64,000 nucleotides of DNA from Xylographa opegraphella. Lineage: Eukaryota. The position numbers and the translations under genes are program-made. Within the stretch, counting starts at the first letter, position 1. Every line of letters begins with the position of its first letter. Below the pieces are notes generated by a model, which searched no databases, had not been told where the DNA came from, and saw only the letters and a list, made by a program, of their open reading frames with translations. Positions 1-12,437 of the stretch are shown one piece after another. The stretch is taken from positions 248,001 to 312,000 of the forward strand of contig JALDZX010000025.1 of NCBI GenBank assembly GCA_022813865.1. Reading direction: 5' to 3'.

Positions 1-1455
1 AGCCGCAGCTCGCCGAGGCCGCAGCGCGGGCCCGAGCCGAGGTAGCGCACGTCCTGCGCCATCTTGAACAGCGACGCCGCCAGCGTGTTGAGCGCGCCCG
101 ACGCGTGCACGATGGCGTCGTGCGCCGCCAGCGCTTCGAACTTGTTGGGCGCCGTGCTGAATGCGGTGCCGGTCATGCGGGAGATCTCGGCCGCGATGGC
201 GGTGTCGAAGCCGGCGAAAGTGTTGAGGCCCGTGCCGACGGCGGTGCCGCCTTGGGCGAGCAGGCGGAGGTGCGGCAGCGTGCTTTCGACGCGGGCGACG
301 CCGTGGTCGAGCTGGGTGACGTAGGCGGAGAATTCCTGGCCGAGGGTCAAGGGCGTGGCGTCTTGGAGGTGGGTGCGCCCGATCTTGATGATGCTCTCGA
401 ACTGCTTGCTCTTCGCCGCCAGTGCATCGCGCAGGCTGCGCAGCGAGGGCAGGAGGGACTCTTCGAGCTCGAGCACGGAGGCGATGTGCATGACGGTCGG
501 GAAACTGTCGTTCGACGAGGCCGACATGTTGACGTGGTCGTTGGGGTGGACGGGCTTCTTGCTGCCCATGGTCCCGCCCAGGATCTCGATCGCACGGTTC
601 GAAATGACTTCGTTGGCGTTCATGTTGGACTGCGTTCCCGACCCGGTCTGCCACACCACCAGAGGGAAGTGGTCGATCAGCTTGAGGGACGCAACCTCTG
701 CCGCTGCTTGCTGGATCGCTTTGCCCAGCTTCGGGTCTTGAGTATGTCTCAGCATCTACAATTCTCCATAATCGGGGCCTGAGGCGGGATTTACCGAGTC
801 CGTAGGTCATGTTCACCGTCGCAGCGGCCCCTTTCAGTATCCCAAAGGCGCGGATGACGGGCGGCGGCATGCGATCTTGAGGCTGGTTGATCTTGAAATT
901 CTCCAATGACCTGTGCAGTCGGGGTCAGCCCACGGAGCATGGACTTCCACAAGGGGAAGAGGGAAGTAGAAAGACCATACCTCTCCGTCTGCGCTCCCCA
1001 ATATTTATCCGCCGGAACCTGAAGCTCCATTAGAGCACTGCCATCGCCCAGCTCACCCACCACCGTACCTGAACCTCCCCAAAAGCATCACTCTCCGTCC
1101 GCATTTCCGCAGCCTGCAAATAAACCTCAAACGTCAGCCATCCAGCTCAACCCCCGAAAAAGAAACCCAATCTCTCCCAGAAAGACCAAGCACCACCCTC
1201 AACAGCAATACATACCATCCTCCCCCCCGTCGAAAACCTCCCCACTCTCTCCTCCCTACCCAAGTAATCCCGTCCCCAAGACCCCCTTCTCCAACCCGCC
1301 CTCTTCTCCAACAACGGCAATCCCCGCGTCGTCGTCGTCGCAAACCCTCTGGATCTTGACAAGCACAACAGAGTCGGAGCCAAAGTCGGAGTCAAAGCCA
1401 CCCGAACCTGCAGCCTGTCGAGTGTCAGAAGTCGCGCGGCCAGCAACCGGACCAT
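1..1455 (-). CDS. fum1: Fumarate hydratase class II, mitochondrial precursor (3' end runs off the window)
   Basis: Spliced reading [10 protein letters not shown]...[51 protein letters not shown]...; GT-AG introns at about 1114-1215, 1019-1068, 911-980, 738-794; Arg-rich, acid-poor N-terminus typical of a mitochondrial presequence. Confidence 0.95.
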
Positions 1456-2285
1456 GGCAATGGAAACGCAGCTGCAACCGAGAGAGGGACCTTTTCGCAA
1501 CTCCCCAACAATTGAGGCTGCCCGAGGTCGATTCTCCGCGCGACGATGTTGGATCAATTGCAATTTGCAATTTGGAATAGTCGTAAATTTCCCTCGGCAG
1601 TGACGCTCTTTTTTCCCCCATACCTACCTAGCTTTCCCTAGCAGACCCGGGCCCTCTCCGGCTCCAGCCGAAGCGGGGCAGGGGGAGAAAGATTTATTGC
1701 CGGGAAAAAAGGGGGGCGATTTATCGCGTGGTGGGGATTTGACCAGGGTGGACCGGACCTACTCTCCTACTCTATGTTGAACAAAAAAAGTACGAAAGTA
1801 GGCTGGGTGGAAGCACTACTTGCAGACATCCAGAGAGAGAGAGAGCACATGTCCCCTGTTCACCACCACCACCATGCAAAACCCAGTGATTTCGAAAATT
1901 TCATTATTCAGCTATCCTGTTCTAATACCTCACGATCGACTATCGAGTACAAACCCCACAACCCACCAACATCCCACCATATCGCCATCCCCTCCTACCC
2001 CTTTCATCAAATGCCCAAGCCATCGCCCAGGAGGTGTGCGCCACATCGCCGCAGCAATGCGAATAGTACAGAGCATCTCTCACCCGCCAAAGATTATGCA
2101 CAGTCGGATCGACAAAGCCACGCCTCTCCTCGGGCCGTCCTGGGGAGCGAGGGGGTGTGTGTGTGTGCCCTTTGCCCCCAGTTCGAACCCTCCGGTGTAG
2201 CACACTCAAATTTCACAATTGTTAAACACGTCGCCCTCTTGCATCGCGGGCTGCTTCCACCCATAGCCCGTAGACTATGAGTGGA

Positions 2286-4626
2286 TCATAAAATTCCACC
2301 CCACATGCCCGGCCCTGTTGACGGCAGGGCAACTCCAGCTCTCCCTTCCAAGCCGAATCCACCTCTCATTTCTTCCATGTAGCACGCTCTCTTCCTTGCG
2401 TTTCCGTGGGAATCATGCACTTGAGTCGCCGACGCAAGTTGAGGCAGCTTAAAGTTGGGCAGTAGGACGAAGGAGTCGGCCACCTTTGCGTCCATCAGAA
2501 CGGTGCCGTCGTCCTCGGTCGCGGAACTCCTCCGGTCCGTGATATCACTGAATGTTCGTGTTTGGAGCAGGCTCCGAACGGTCTGCTGCAGCACCGGGTC
2601 GCTGATGGAGCTAGGCCGCTCGCGCTTGCGGTTGCCATGCAGAGGGTTGGACGTGACCGACGGAGGAGGAAGTGTGCGATGCTGGCGATTGAGAGCCAAG
2701 TCGCGCAAGCCTTCAGCAGCGTCCTGATCCGAAAAGGTAGGGAGACTTGCGCGCGGACGCACTGCCGCAGGCGATTCTCTTAAATATGACTCCTTCGGTC
2801 CGAGGGCGTACGACATCGGCGAAGACGTGTGCCTGTCCCACCCCGCCCCATGCTCCGGTGGAGATGACTCATCCATTTTACAACCCTCTTTGATACCCAC
2901 TAATTGCATGTTCGCGCATCGACGGGTCGCTTGCACAGCCAGACTGGGCTGTGGCAGCGCACAGGCCGATGATGCTACTGACGAAATCGAAGAGGATCGA
3001 GAAGATCGAGACGACAAGTCGGACACCATGGAATCCGGCGAAGATACGGAAGAAGCAGATCGAGCCAACGACGACCTCCGAGACGTGGCTGGGAACGCTT
3101 GGGCCGAAGATGCCGAATTACTGCGGCAAGCCGAAGTTGGCCATGTATCGATTGTCGTCCGCGCCATGCCAGCGCCGTTGATGTGCTTCATGGCACCGCT
3201 CATCGATGACCGGCCCGAGAAGAATCCACCGGCACTCACTGCAGGAGTGTTGATGCTTGTCAATTGAGGCGTGATCTGCGGGGTAGGAAGCAGAGAGAGC
3301 GTGGGAGATATTGGCGGAAAACGTGGTCGGTCCTCGAAGACTCCACGTATGGTTGGTTCCATGGCCGGCGGTTTGGAGTAAGGCATGGTAGGTGTTTGCT
3401 CGTCCGAGGATGAGCATGGTGACGATTTCCTATCCACGAGGCTCGGAGGAGACATTGGAAGCTTCTTTGTACATATTTGTCGCAAAGGGCGAACAGCTTG
3501 TGCCCCCGGCCTATATGGTGTAGGACGTTTCATATTCAATAAGTCAACTGCATCAAGCGATGGAGTCAACAGAGGTACAATCGATCTCCAGGCGTAGGAC
3601 ACATCCCTGCCCAAAGTCGGCGAGGACGGTGACGACGGAGGGGAGAACTTCAGGACCACGTCGGTCCACCGCTGGAACAGTGGCTCGGGTACGTGAAGTC
3701 TCCAATCGATTGCGGTCACAAACGCCATTTCGTTTGTGTTAATTTCAGAAATTTTTAAACCGGAGATCTTGCTCCAGGCTCGGGCGGAGTAGTTCCTATC
3801 TTGGAGATACTTGGAAGCCAAGATGAGGGCTGCGAGGAACATGCGTCGACCGCACTGCATAGCGCGGATGGAGTGCGAATCTTCCGACTGCTCCATGGTA
3901 AAGTCGATCCCAGGCACGTACGGCTTTATCAAAACCAAGTAGTAGAGAGCGACTTGCAGAGTCGAGTAACTCGTCTTAGATCGCTTGAGAACTTCTTGGA
4001 TAAAAATTCGCAGACCAATCAGGTTCTTACCGCCCAGCACAGTATCCCGGCCACACGGCACCACCGAGAGCGGCCAGATCACCTCGATCATCTGAGTTGT
4101 AGTGTCTGAAATTTCGAGGCATGGTAAGTATATGAACAGAGGGGTCTGCACTCATAGTGAGCTTACCAACAAGACTCTCCACAAAATTATCTTTTCGATC
4201 ACATTGGCGCACCAAGGTAGGCGGTGGCCGAGCGGCAGAACATCCGTTGAGAACGTCCTCCCGACTGGGGGCCTGGGTTCGTCGGGGATTCAGCCGGAGC
4301 TCGGGAGCAACTGCATCATCCGAGAGACGTTCTCGAGCAAGGAACGGTCGTGTTGTCGATGGGCCTCCATCTTGAGACTTTGGAGTGATAGCGGCGATGC
4401 GATAGTCGATGGTGGAAAGGGTTTCCGAGTGTTCGGAGTCCCAGCCCGTGTAGAGAATGCTTTTGGAGGAGGAAGGGGCGGAGCTCTGCGAGGAGTGAGC
4501 ATCGCTGGAAAAGATCGAGGATGACGAGGAGGAAGCCGACGAGGCGACCGAGGAAGAATATGGATGATTATTTTGTGTGATGCGCAGCGGTGGCCGCTTA
4601 GACGCGTCGATACCTGACGCGTTCAT
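2286..4626 (-). CDS. Pho85-type cyclin of the Clg1/Pas1/Pcl5 group
   Basis: Cyclin box FIQEVLKRSKTSYSTLQVALYYL...CGRRMFLAALILASKYLQDRNYSARAWSKISGL; intron 4106-4166 (GTAAGC..TTTCAG) joins DNFVESLV to DTTTQMIEVIWP; Ser/Pro-rich tail. Confidence 0.9.
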
Positions 4627-5053
4627 CCTGTTAGACGTTTGGAGCCAAACAATTGACAGGAGAATCTTGCAGAAACCTGACGTATCTATGCAAGTCACCA
4701 CTGATAAGTTGTTAAATTGAAAATAGAGAGGGGGGGGTGACCGAGACGACAGAGCCGAGAACGTCCCACTGCTGATACTCCGAATCCTAGTATCCCAGAG
4801 GAAACCGAATCTGAGGCGCACGATGGGGGAAGCAGGTATCGATATCTGTAGAATCCTACAGCAAAGAGGATTCCAGCACGAAAGCGATTATGTACTCGAC
4901 CAGGCTGCAGTCGCAGGTCAAGTCCAGTCTACACCGGGTATGCAAGTCCAATCGAAGAGAACCGTCGAAGTGTTGGCAGAGAGTGAAGTAAGACCTAATC
5001 GACCGCTGTGTAGCAAGCGATGAGGTGAGTGTCGGAGAGCCGAGGGAGGGAGT

Positions 5054-5158
5054 TCACCACGGGGCTGCTTCTAGGTACTTCTTTTCTGATACGGTGACGA
5101 TGGGACTTGGACCACGGGTGACTGAAGACGATATAATTAAAGCTGACGATTGACACAT
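5054..5158 (-). promoter_or_regulatory. Candidate uORF (34 aa) upstream of the cyclin gene
   Basis: Only minus-strand ATG between 4627 and 5682; encodes MCQSSALIISSSVTRGPSPIVTVSEKKYLEAAPW*. Confidence 0.5.
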
Positions 5159-8100
5159 TGTGACTGATGCTCGGTGGCGAACAGTTATGACCACGTAGGC
5201 GCAACGGCGGCAAGGCAGTCGCGGTCTTTGGATCAAGGAAGACGGTCCCAGGTGATGGTCCGTAGTTAAAAGCGGAAGGGAGGGGAGGTGAGGTGAGGTG
5301 AGGAGGCGCGGGTTGAGCGTGAGTGAATCTTCTCGATGGAGTGGAGTTTTGGAAGTGGGCAACGGTGAAGTGAGAGCTCACGCAGTGAAGGTGGCTTCTC
5401 GGCGGATGGGTCTGAGTAATAGTACAGTGAACGGGGTCGACAGCTTAGAGGGAGGGTTTGGACAGTGCCTGGAGCTTTGAAAAGAGTGACTGCGGAAAGT
5501 ATGAGTCGTCGTTCGGTGAAGCGGCGGAGCCTGGCTGGGCTTTGTCTTACCGCAGAGATGCTTGCGGGTGCTGCACGAGGGGGAGCAGGCAAACAACGAC
5601 TGTTCGGACGGCGGGGCAGCGGAGATGTGTGATCGGATGACTTTGGCCGGCCTTTGCAACGACAGAATTAAAAGGTCACAGTCATACAAGACAGCTGGAG
5701 ATGTCTTCTCGTGTTCATTGTGGCGGGCCCTTTGGGTAGTAGGAGTAGGAAATTCTGGGGGGGGGGAGGCGACGGGGGATGATAACTAGCGACGTAGAAG
5801 CTCTCGCCTCCCCCGGACTAATTTTATGACACACCAGCGCCCGCCCAGCCTTTTCTCACGTTGGTTGGCCACAAGCCCTTCTTGCTGCCTCTGGTGCTGG
5901 GAACCGCCAGTCTCTCCTTTATCTTTTATGCGCTGCGTACCATCCATCTCCTCTAACGGACACGTCTCACGTTATAACGCAGCCTCTTTTCATCATTTCA
6001 TTGTGTGCCCTTGCTTGAGGGGCAGGAATGATAGATAGTTCCGTAGGCTGACGGGGCCGTGGATGGCTCGGAAGGGGAGTTTGGACGTGGACGAATCGGT
6101 CAGTCACGACGAAGCACCAAACAGAGCGCACAAAAGCCCGGGATCCTGGTGCCGAAGTCTGCGTATATCTCAGTCTGCATAAGGTAGACTGGCACAATAA
6201 GGTATGCATAAATCCCCCTTCGCAGCGATGATTGCTCTTTTTGTGTCGTGCATTAAATGTCGGGTTCCTCCATTCGGTGAATGCATAAACTGCATGACTC
6301 AGCGACTTTCGCTTGCGGTGCAGAACACTGGAGAGCCAGCCATCGCAAAGCGTCTTCAGCCGGATGCGACAGAGCACGAAGCACACAAACTACCGAGGAG
6401 TACGGAGGTAGTCGCAAAAGTAGTTCATTTCAGACCAGCACTGTTGTGTGTGAGTTGGCCGTGAGACAAAGAGATCCCCCCTCCCCCGCTCTGCACAAAG
6501 CTCGGGTGGGGAGCAGCTGATTGGTCGAGTGCATGGCGTCCGACGGCGGCCCTTCGCGATGAGTCAACGTGCATGGTGGGTGGAGTGGAGTGCCACCCAA
6601 CAAGGACGACCCCGTGATTGCCTGCTGATCGAGAATTCTCCACTCCCCGCCTCGAGAGGGAAAGCAGAACGATGGAGGAAGAAAAAAGTTAGCACCAAAG
6701 CTACAGCCAGCCCAGGTCGCCGCCATCGAGGCGGAGCTGATCAGCCAGGCCTCGGGACATCGGACAGGCTGAAGCAGAGAAAGCGTTGGGTTTCAGACCC
6801 GCCGCCGAAATGCCTCGCCACAATGCTGATGGCCGGCCTTGCAGCGGCGGAGCAATCGCTCTCCCTCTCCTCCCGCGTAGGCAGCCGACTTCCCGTCGTC
6901 TGCCTGCACCGTCGTGACAATAATGCTACCGACATTTCTACATTTAGATCAGGCTGGCTGGACCAAGGTAACCGTTATGAGCCTCGATCACAGATGAAAG
7001 CCACATGTGGGAAAAGACTCGCCGCTTGTGTTGCCGCTCGCCGAGAATGGTGCCCAGACTGCGCTGGCACGGATCCCCTGCCTTCTCCGGTCGCCTCCAA
7101 CCTGTCTGACGTGATGAAGGAAAAGCCACTGGAGATGAGGCCGGAAAAGAATCGGAAAACATGTGACTCCGGATTATTGGATGCTTCATCTTTAGTCATC
7201 GCGTCCGAGATTTTCTGACCCGTGACTCGTGGGCGTCGATGATGATGGCGACAACATCACACAACAGCGGTACCTCGCATCCTGCTTCCATCCAATATCA
7301 ATTCCTCCGCATCCCGACAAATCTCCTACCAGCCACACGAACCCCGGGCCGACGGACCCCGAAGCCCTGGCCCCACCGTCCAGAAGCTGCGAATAGTAAG
7401 GTATCGTGAGCTTTGTGTGATCATCGCCTGACACCACGGTCGCCGGCGACAGGATGCTCGTAGTCCAAAGACCAGGCATTGGGTAAAGAGCGTGCCGTCT
7501 GGCGTCCTCCAGCAGTCAAGCCATACTCGCCACCCCGTTCCGTGGTAACTTCACGCTAGATATCAGCCTGGTCGAACAGGGAAGTGGCGTCTGCACAACA
7601 TTAGGGAGCCCATCGCAAGTCGTTGCGAGTGCTGCCTGCTGAGATCGGGTCCTGTTTCAGCGCTTGACGTGACACACAGCTTCATTGGGACTGCGACACC
7701 GGGAGTGATTCACGTGGCAATATCTTTTCCCGGGATATCTGATCCACATCATAATGACTACCAAGTCAGTCAGGTGAGTAACAACGGCACCGAAGTGGTG
7801 GCGAAGGGTCCCCGATCCAACAAGTTCACGGATAAGCATTTCCTTCAATCGAAATGAAAGACACCATAACATCAAGTTTCCGGAAATCGCACCAACAGCA
7901 GAAGTGCCTGCAGAAATGCAAAGGGTGATCTGAAATGCAACAGGCTACACGAAGACTGGATGCAGGTAAATCAGCTTTGCAATAGACCAGGCATAGACCA
8001 ATTGTCAGCCGAGCCTCAATGACATCGAACGATGATAGACTCCCCTCCTTCGGACCCGAGTATTACTATTGTGCGAGAGAAACAAGGTCTCTGAAGTCGT

Positions 8101-10214
8101 TGGATCTCCCCCAGGCAACAAGGAGTTTCGGAAAGGAAACAAATCAGCGCTTGATCAGTTGGCGATCGATTTCCCGACTAACTAGTTTAGTAAGCAGTCA
8201 GCGCTACGAGCACGCCAACCATTCCACATCTGCACTAGCTCTTCGTTTGCCACTGACATTCAAAACTTTTCCCTTGCCAGGAAGCCGTCGGGACTTTTGC
8301 CTTCTGCCTGCCTGATCGCTGCCTACGGTAAAGGCGGGCAAGTGTCGCGAGCCCAAGACACGAGGATGATCCGATGACACTCAAGCACCAATGCATCATA
8401 CCGCTGCCTTACACTCTCACTTCCTCCCTGAGGCTTTCCCATACAGCCGGTTTGGGTGAAGAAATTGAACTCCTGCCTATGATAACATTCCATGAACGAA
8501 ATCTGAAAGCATCTGCGGTCGTGAAATCGACGTGAGAAGTAATGTGATTGTGTGCCACTGCAACGTTAGACGGCCCGTGCAGATACAGCACCAACAACAG
8601 ACGGAAGCTTTAATCAGGGCAAGGCAAGGTGGTCCAGAGGAGGTCAAAATCGACGGGCCGAAGGGTGGATGGCAGGGCGTTGGTGGAGCTGTTGTTCTGG
8701 TTGGGCGCTCTTCGAGCATTGCTTGTCCGAACGAGTCCACGATCCTCAAGATCACGACGGACTCACCACCTTCGATGAGCAAAGAGAGCACGCTCTGGCT
8801 AGCGTTTAGTAAGTGCCACTTCTCGTGGCACAACGTGGTATCACTGTTGATAGCATCCTTTGCGTCAGCAATCGGCGCCATTTCTGTCTTCACGACGCTC
8901 TCTTTGCAACGAGACCAGCGAATCTGCGTATGAAAGCCTGGCAATGTCATCCCATCAAGCCCTCGCATCATCAGCGAGGCCATCATTGTGCCCAGTATTA
9001 CTTAGGTTGGGCGACGCATCACAGCACAGGGAACGTATGGCGTATCATCCAAATAGACGAGTAGCAAATCGGAAGCGGGGTCAGTATGGTAGCGAGCGCA
9101 ATCGGCTCATTTCCCTAGTCTAGCGGACAGGCAGAACCAGCTCCAAGTTCGAAAACGGCAGCACCTCGTGCCGAATGAACATCAGAGAGAATGGAGGATT
9201 ATCTTCTGGAAGCCTGTTCGCGACCACGTTGAATGGGGCTTTCGATCAGCTGGTTGTGGCCGAGAACGAAGGACTTTTATCCCGGTAAGGAAATGTAACG
9301 GGCGGGCGCCCTAATGCAAGACATGCACGGGATGGTCCGGCCCATGGGCACCACCCAAACCCCCAACTGGGGTTACTACTACTTCAAATGAGACATGGCA
9401 GAGCGACGGTATCCCCAGCTCGACCGCTTGCAGTTTATCTTAACGACTCGCCTTGACGTATGTGGCCAGCGTAGACGAGTTGCCTGCCGACGAGGCCTCG
9501 AGGGTTGCATTGCGCCTCGGCTGAGCGATTCTTTCTGTCGCTCGGAGTCAAGTCCATTTCGGTTAAGCTAAGGCTATCGTGGAGGCAATTGCCCTTTACG
9601 GCTTCCAGTAGCTCACTTTGTCTCATTCTGAGTTCATTCGCTACGTGATCGCTTGTGAGAGGTCGATGTGCCCGCCTGCGGTCGTGCCTGCAGGTACCCT
9701 GGTGGCTGAAACGAAACATCCCGCCTCTGGTGCAGGTCAACCGTCCTGGACAAATATCCAGGGGATCCTGGATACGCTTCTTTTGGCTTGGTATCCTCGA
9801 CTGGTCATTGGCCGGTGTGTGGGGGGTTTGGTCAGTGTTAGTGGTGAGGATGGGTTAGGACTGTGCCTCTGAGTCGCGATTTCGCTAGGATTGGAGAACC
9901 TTCCACATGCAGCGCGAAAAACGTTTTAGATTGGGAGATTGGGAGCTGTGAACGAATGAGAAGACCAGTCGTATGCATGTGGTAAGTATGAAGCTGGCAA
10001 GCTGACAAGCTGCCCTCATGTGCAGTGCATGGTGGTGTTGAGTGATGTACAAAATGCCTCTTCAGTGAGCGCATCCTATTTCCTATCATGCAGGCAAGAT
10101 GCAACCTTCCGTGTCGAGGAAGAGATTGACGAAGGAGACGAGAAGAGGCTCTCCATAAGAAGCACACAAGACATCCCTCCATCTGCAAAGACACCTCTAT
10201 CGCTAGTAACGAAG

Positions 10215-11545
10215 ATGCTTTTCTCAGGCGCCATCATCGCCTTGACGGCGTGCTCTGCTCTGACTGTTGCCCACCCAGGCTTGATGAGCAGAGCAAACTC
10301 CTGCTCAACTTCAGTCAGTACCGCTCGTGCCAGAAGCACATTCCGTCATCACTGATTGAGAAGAAAGGACGGTGCAGGGATTTGCAAACTCGTCTCTTCA
10401 TGCGCCGGCTTCACCGTGTCCGGCCTCTGTCCCGGAGCCGCTGACCACGAATGCTGCGTGCACAAGAGCTGTTCCACGTCCAGCGGAGCCGGGCTCTGCA
10501 AGAACACCACCAGCGACTGCTCCAACGGCGTCTTCGTTGCAGACGCTTGTCCGGGCGATGGCTCCGTGGAGTGCTGTGTCAGGAACAAGGCTCCCAAGCC
10601 GAGTCCGACGTACTCGCAGGCACCGTTGCAGCCGAAGAGGACGGGATCACGCACCGCCTCGCATCTGGCATCCTCGACTTCGACGGCTCTGGCGGCCGTT
10701 GATATCTCGAACGCTAAGAGCTCGAGCTTTTGGACGTGCTTGGCGAAGACGCATCAGAAAGTGGTGCTTAAAGGATACGGGCAGTCATGCTCGACGGTAA
10801 GCTTGTGAAAAAATCTCACACTATTCTCGAGCTGAAAGAAGCAGGGTGGTGCCGTCAACACGGCCTTTGTCAGTTCATACAACGCTGCCAAAGCGGCTGG
10901 TATCCCCAAGGTTGATGCATACCTGTTTCCCTGTAAGGATTCTCGACATGTTCAAGATATTTAAGCTGAGGTGAGATGATAGGCACGGGTACGCAGGCAA
11001 AAGGGAAGTGCAAGTCACCCGCCACGCAGCTAGCCGAATTCGAGGCCGCAATCTCTGGTGCTGGCATGACACTTGATTATCGATGGTTCGATGTCGAGCC
11101 CAAAGGTAAAGGAGACGCATGCAACGCTTGGAACCTCGGCAACGCTGCCAATCTGGCCCTGGCCAAGCAATGGACCGCTCTCCTTCGCCAAAGTGGCAAT
11201 AAATGGGGGATTTATGCCAACGGGTAAGCATTCCTTTCTGCCGGGACCTGCAGCTGAGCAGTCGCATTAACTCTGTTTCCAGCAACCAATGGACCGCGAT
11301 GTTCGCGTCCAGATCGACGGACATTGGCTCTGATCTACCCTTATGGGCCGTCCAGGACGATCACAAGCCAGGCGTTTCTACGGTTCACACCTTCATGGGT
11401 GGCTGGACGAGCGCTGTTGGCAAGCAGTATGACGAGGGTACGTCCATCCAAGCATATATCACCCCGGGACGAAGAGTCGCTGACTTTGCATGCAGATGTG
11501 CAAGTCTGTGGTAGTGGGGTGGACAAGGATTCTTTCAGCTCGTAG
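10215..11545 (+). CDS. Secreted GH25-like lysozyme/muramidase with two N-terminal Cys-rich repeats
   Basis: Signal peptide MLFSGAIIALTACSALTVA; two C..G.G.C.....C.......CPG.....CC repeats; catalytic-type motifs AVDIS, DAYLFPC, WFDVE (DxE), WGIYA, LPLW, FMGGW, KQY; five introns 10314-10367, 10797-10844, 10933-10982, 11224-11282, 11438-11495 all keep frame. Confidence 0.85.
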
Positions 11546-12437
11546 AAACGGTGCAGTAGGAGAAGGATCATGTAACGGAGAGAAAGATGATCTTGTTTGG
11601 TCCTGGAACTCGCTAACCAGATTAAATAAATACTGCGTGTAATGGAAAATGGTTATTGGCATCTCGTCCACTTAGTGTCCGAGGATGAGAGGTTTGCCAG
11701 GACTGGATCGGCAGTGGATAATATTTCCCAAGCAACAAAGGCAACATCATCTCGTCCTTGCTCGACTCGAGCCATTAGTGCAGTATCGCGGTGCTAGTCT
11801 CAAAGAGAGAATATTTGGTCCAGGAGCAGAGCATCTTTATTAGGGGCGTTCTGCTAAAATCTGGTCGGTTAATTTGAAGCGATCGGTCAAGTCTTTCCAG
11901 TGTATGATTGGCTGACCAGGCAGCTTAGCGCTGCTTGAATGACCCAATCGGGCGATAATATATAGCCGGGATCTTCCAGATTTCCACTAATTTAACATAA
12001 CAGGCTTTAGTGAAAAGGCCCCCTATCAGTTAGGCTCTCAAATGCTGGTTGAATAACGGTTCGTCGTCTCAACGAGATGATGGAAATGATTTCTTTACTC
12101 TAACAACGCGTTCCCTATTCACAAAAGTCTCAATGACAATTTAGGCGTTCTGACCGATGAAGCAACCCAGTAGGATAGCCAGGCCGTGCGCAGCGTTCCT
12201 CACGTGTGCCGCGACGTCAGCGGCCATCGAAGGAATTAGACTACTAATTCATACACAGTCATTGGAGGTAGATAATGATCCCCCGCCTTTGGAATCCTAA
12301 ACGATTCGTCTTCTTCTTCAGATACTCTCAAATTCAGACGTGTATCAAACTTCCTACTCAACAGATTGTGCTGCTACAAAAGACTCTTCCCTGCGTGTAT
12401 CTGTCTTCTCTTGCGCGAACCTTTGAATTAACGAAAC

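Noticed and set aside
105..782. 225-aa plus-strand ORF
   Set aside because: Antisense shadow of the GC-rich fumarase coding sequence
6529..7218. 229-aa ORF in the gene-free region
   Set aside because: Non-ATG start, no recognisable motifs or codon bias; likely chance
7620..7680. GCTGAGA motif suggestive of a TPP riboswitch
   Set aside because: The remaining conserved TPP aptamer elements are absent and no thiamine gene is nearby
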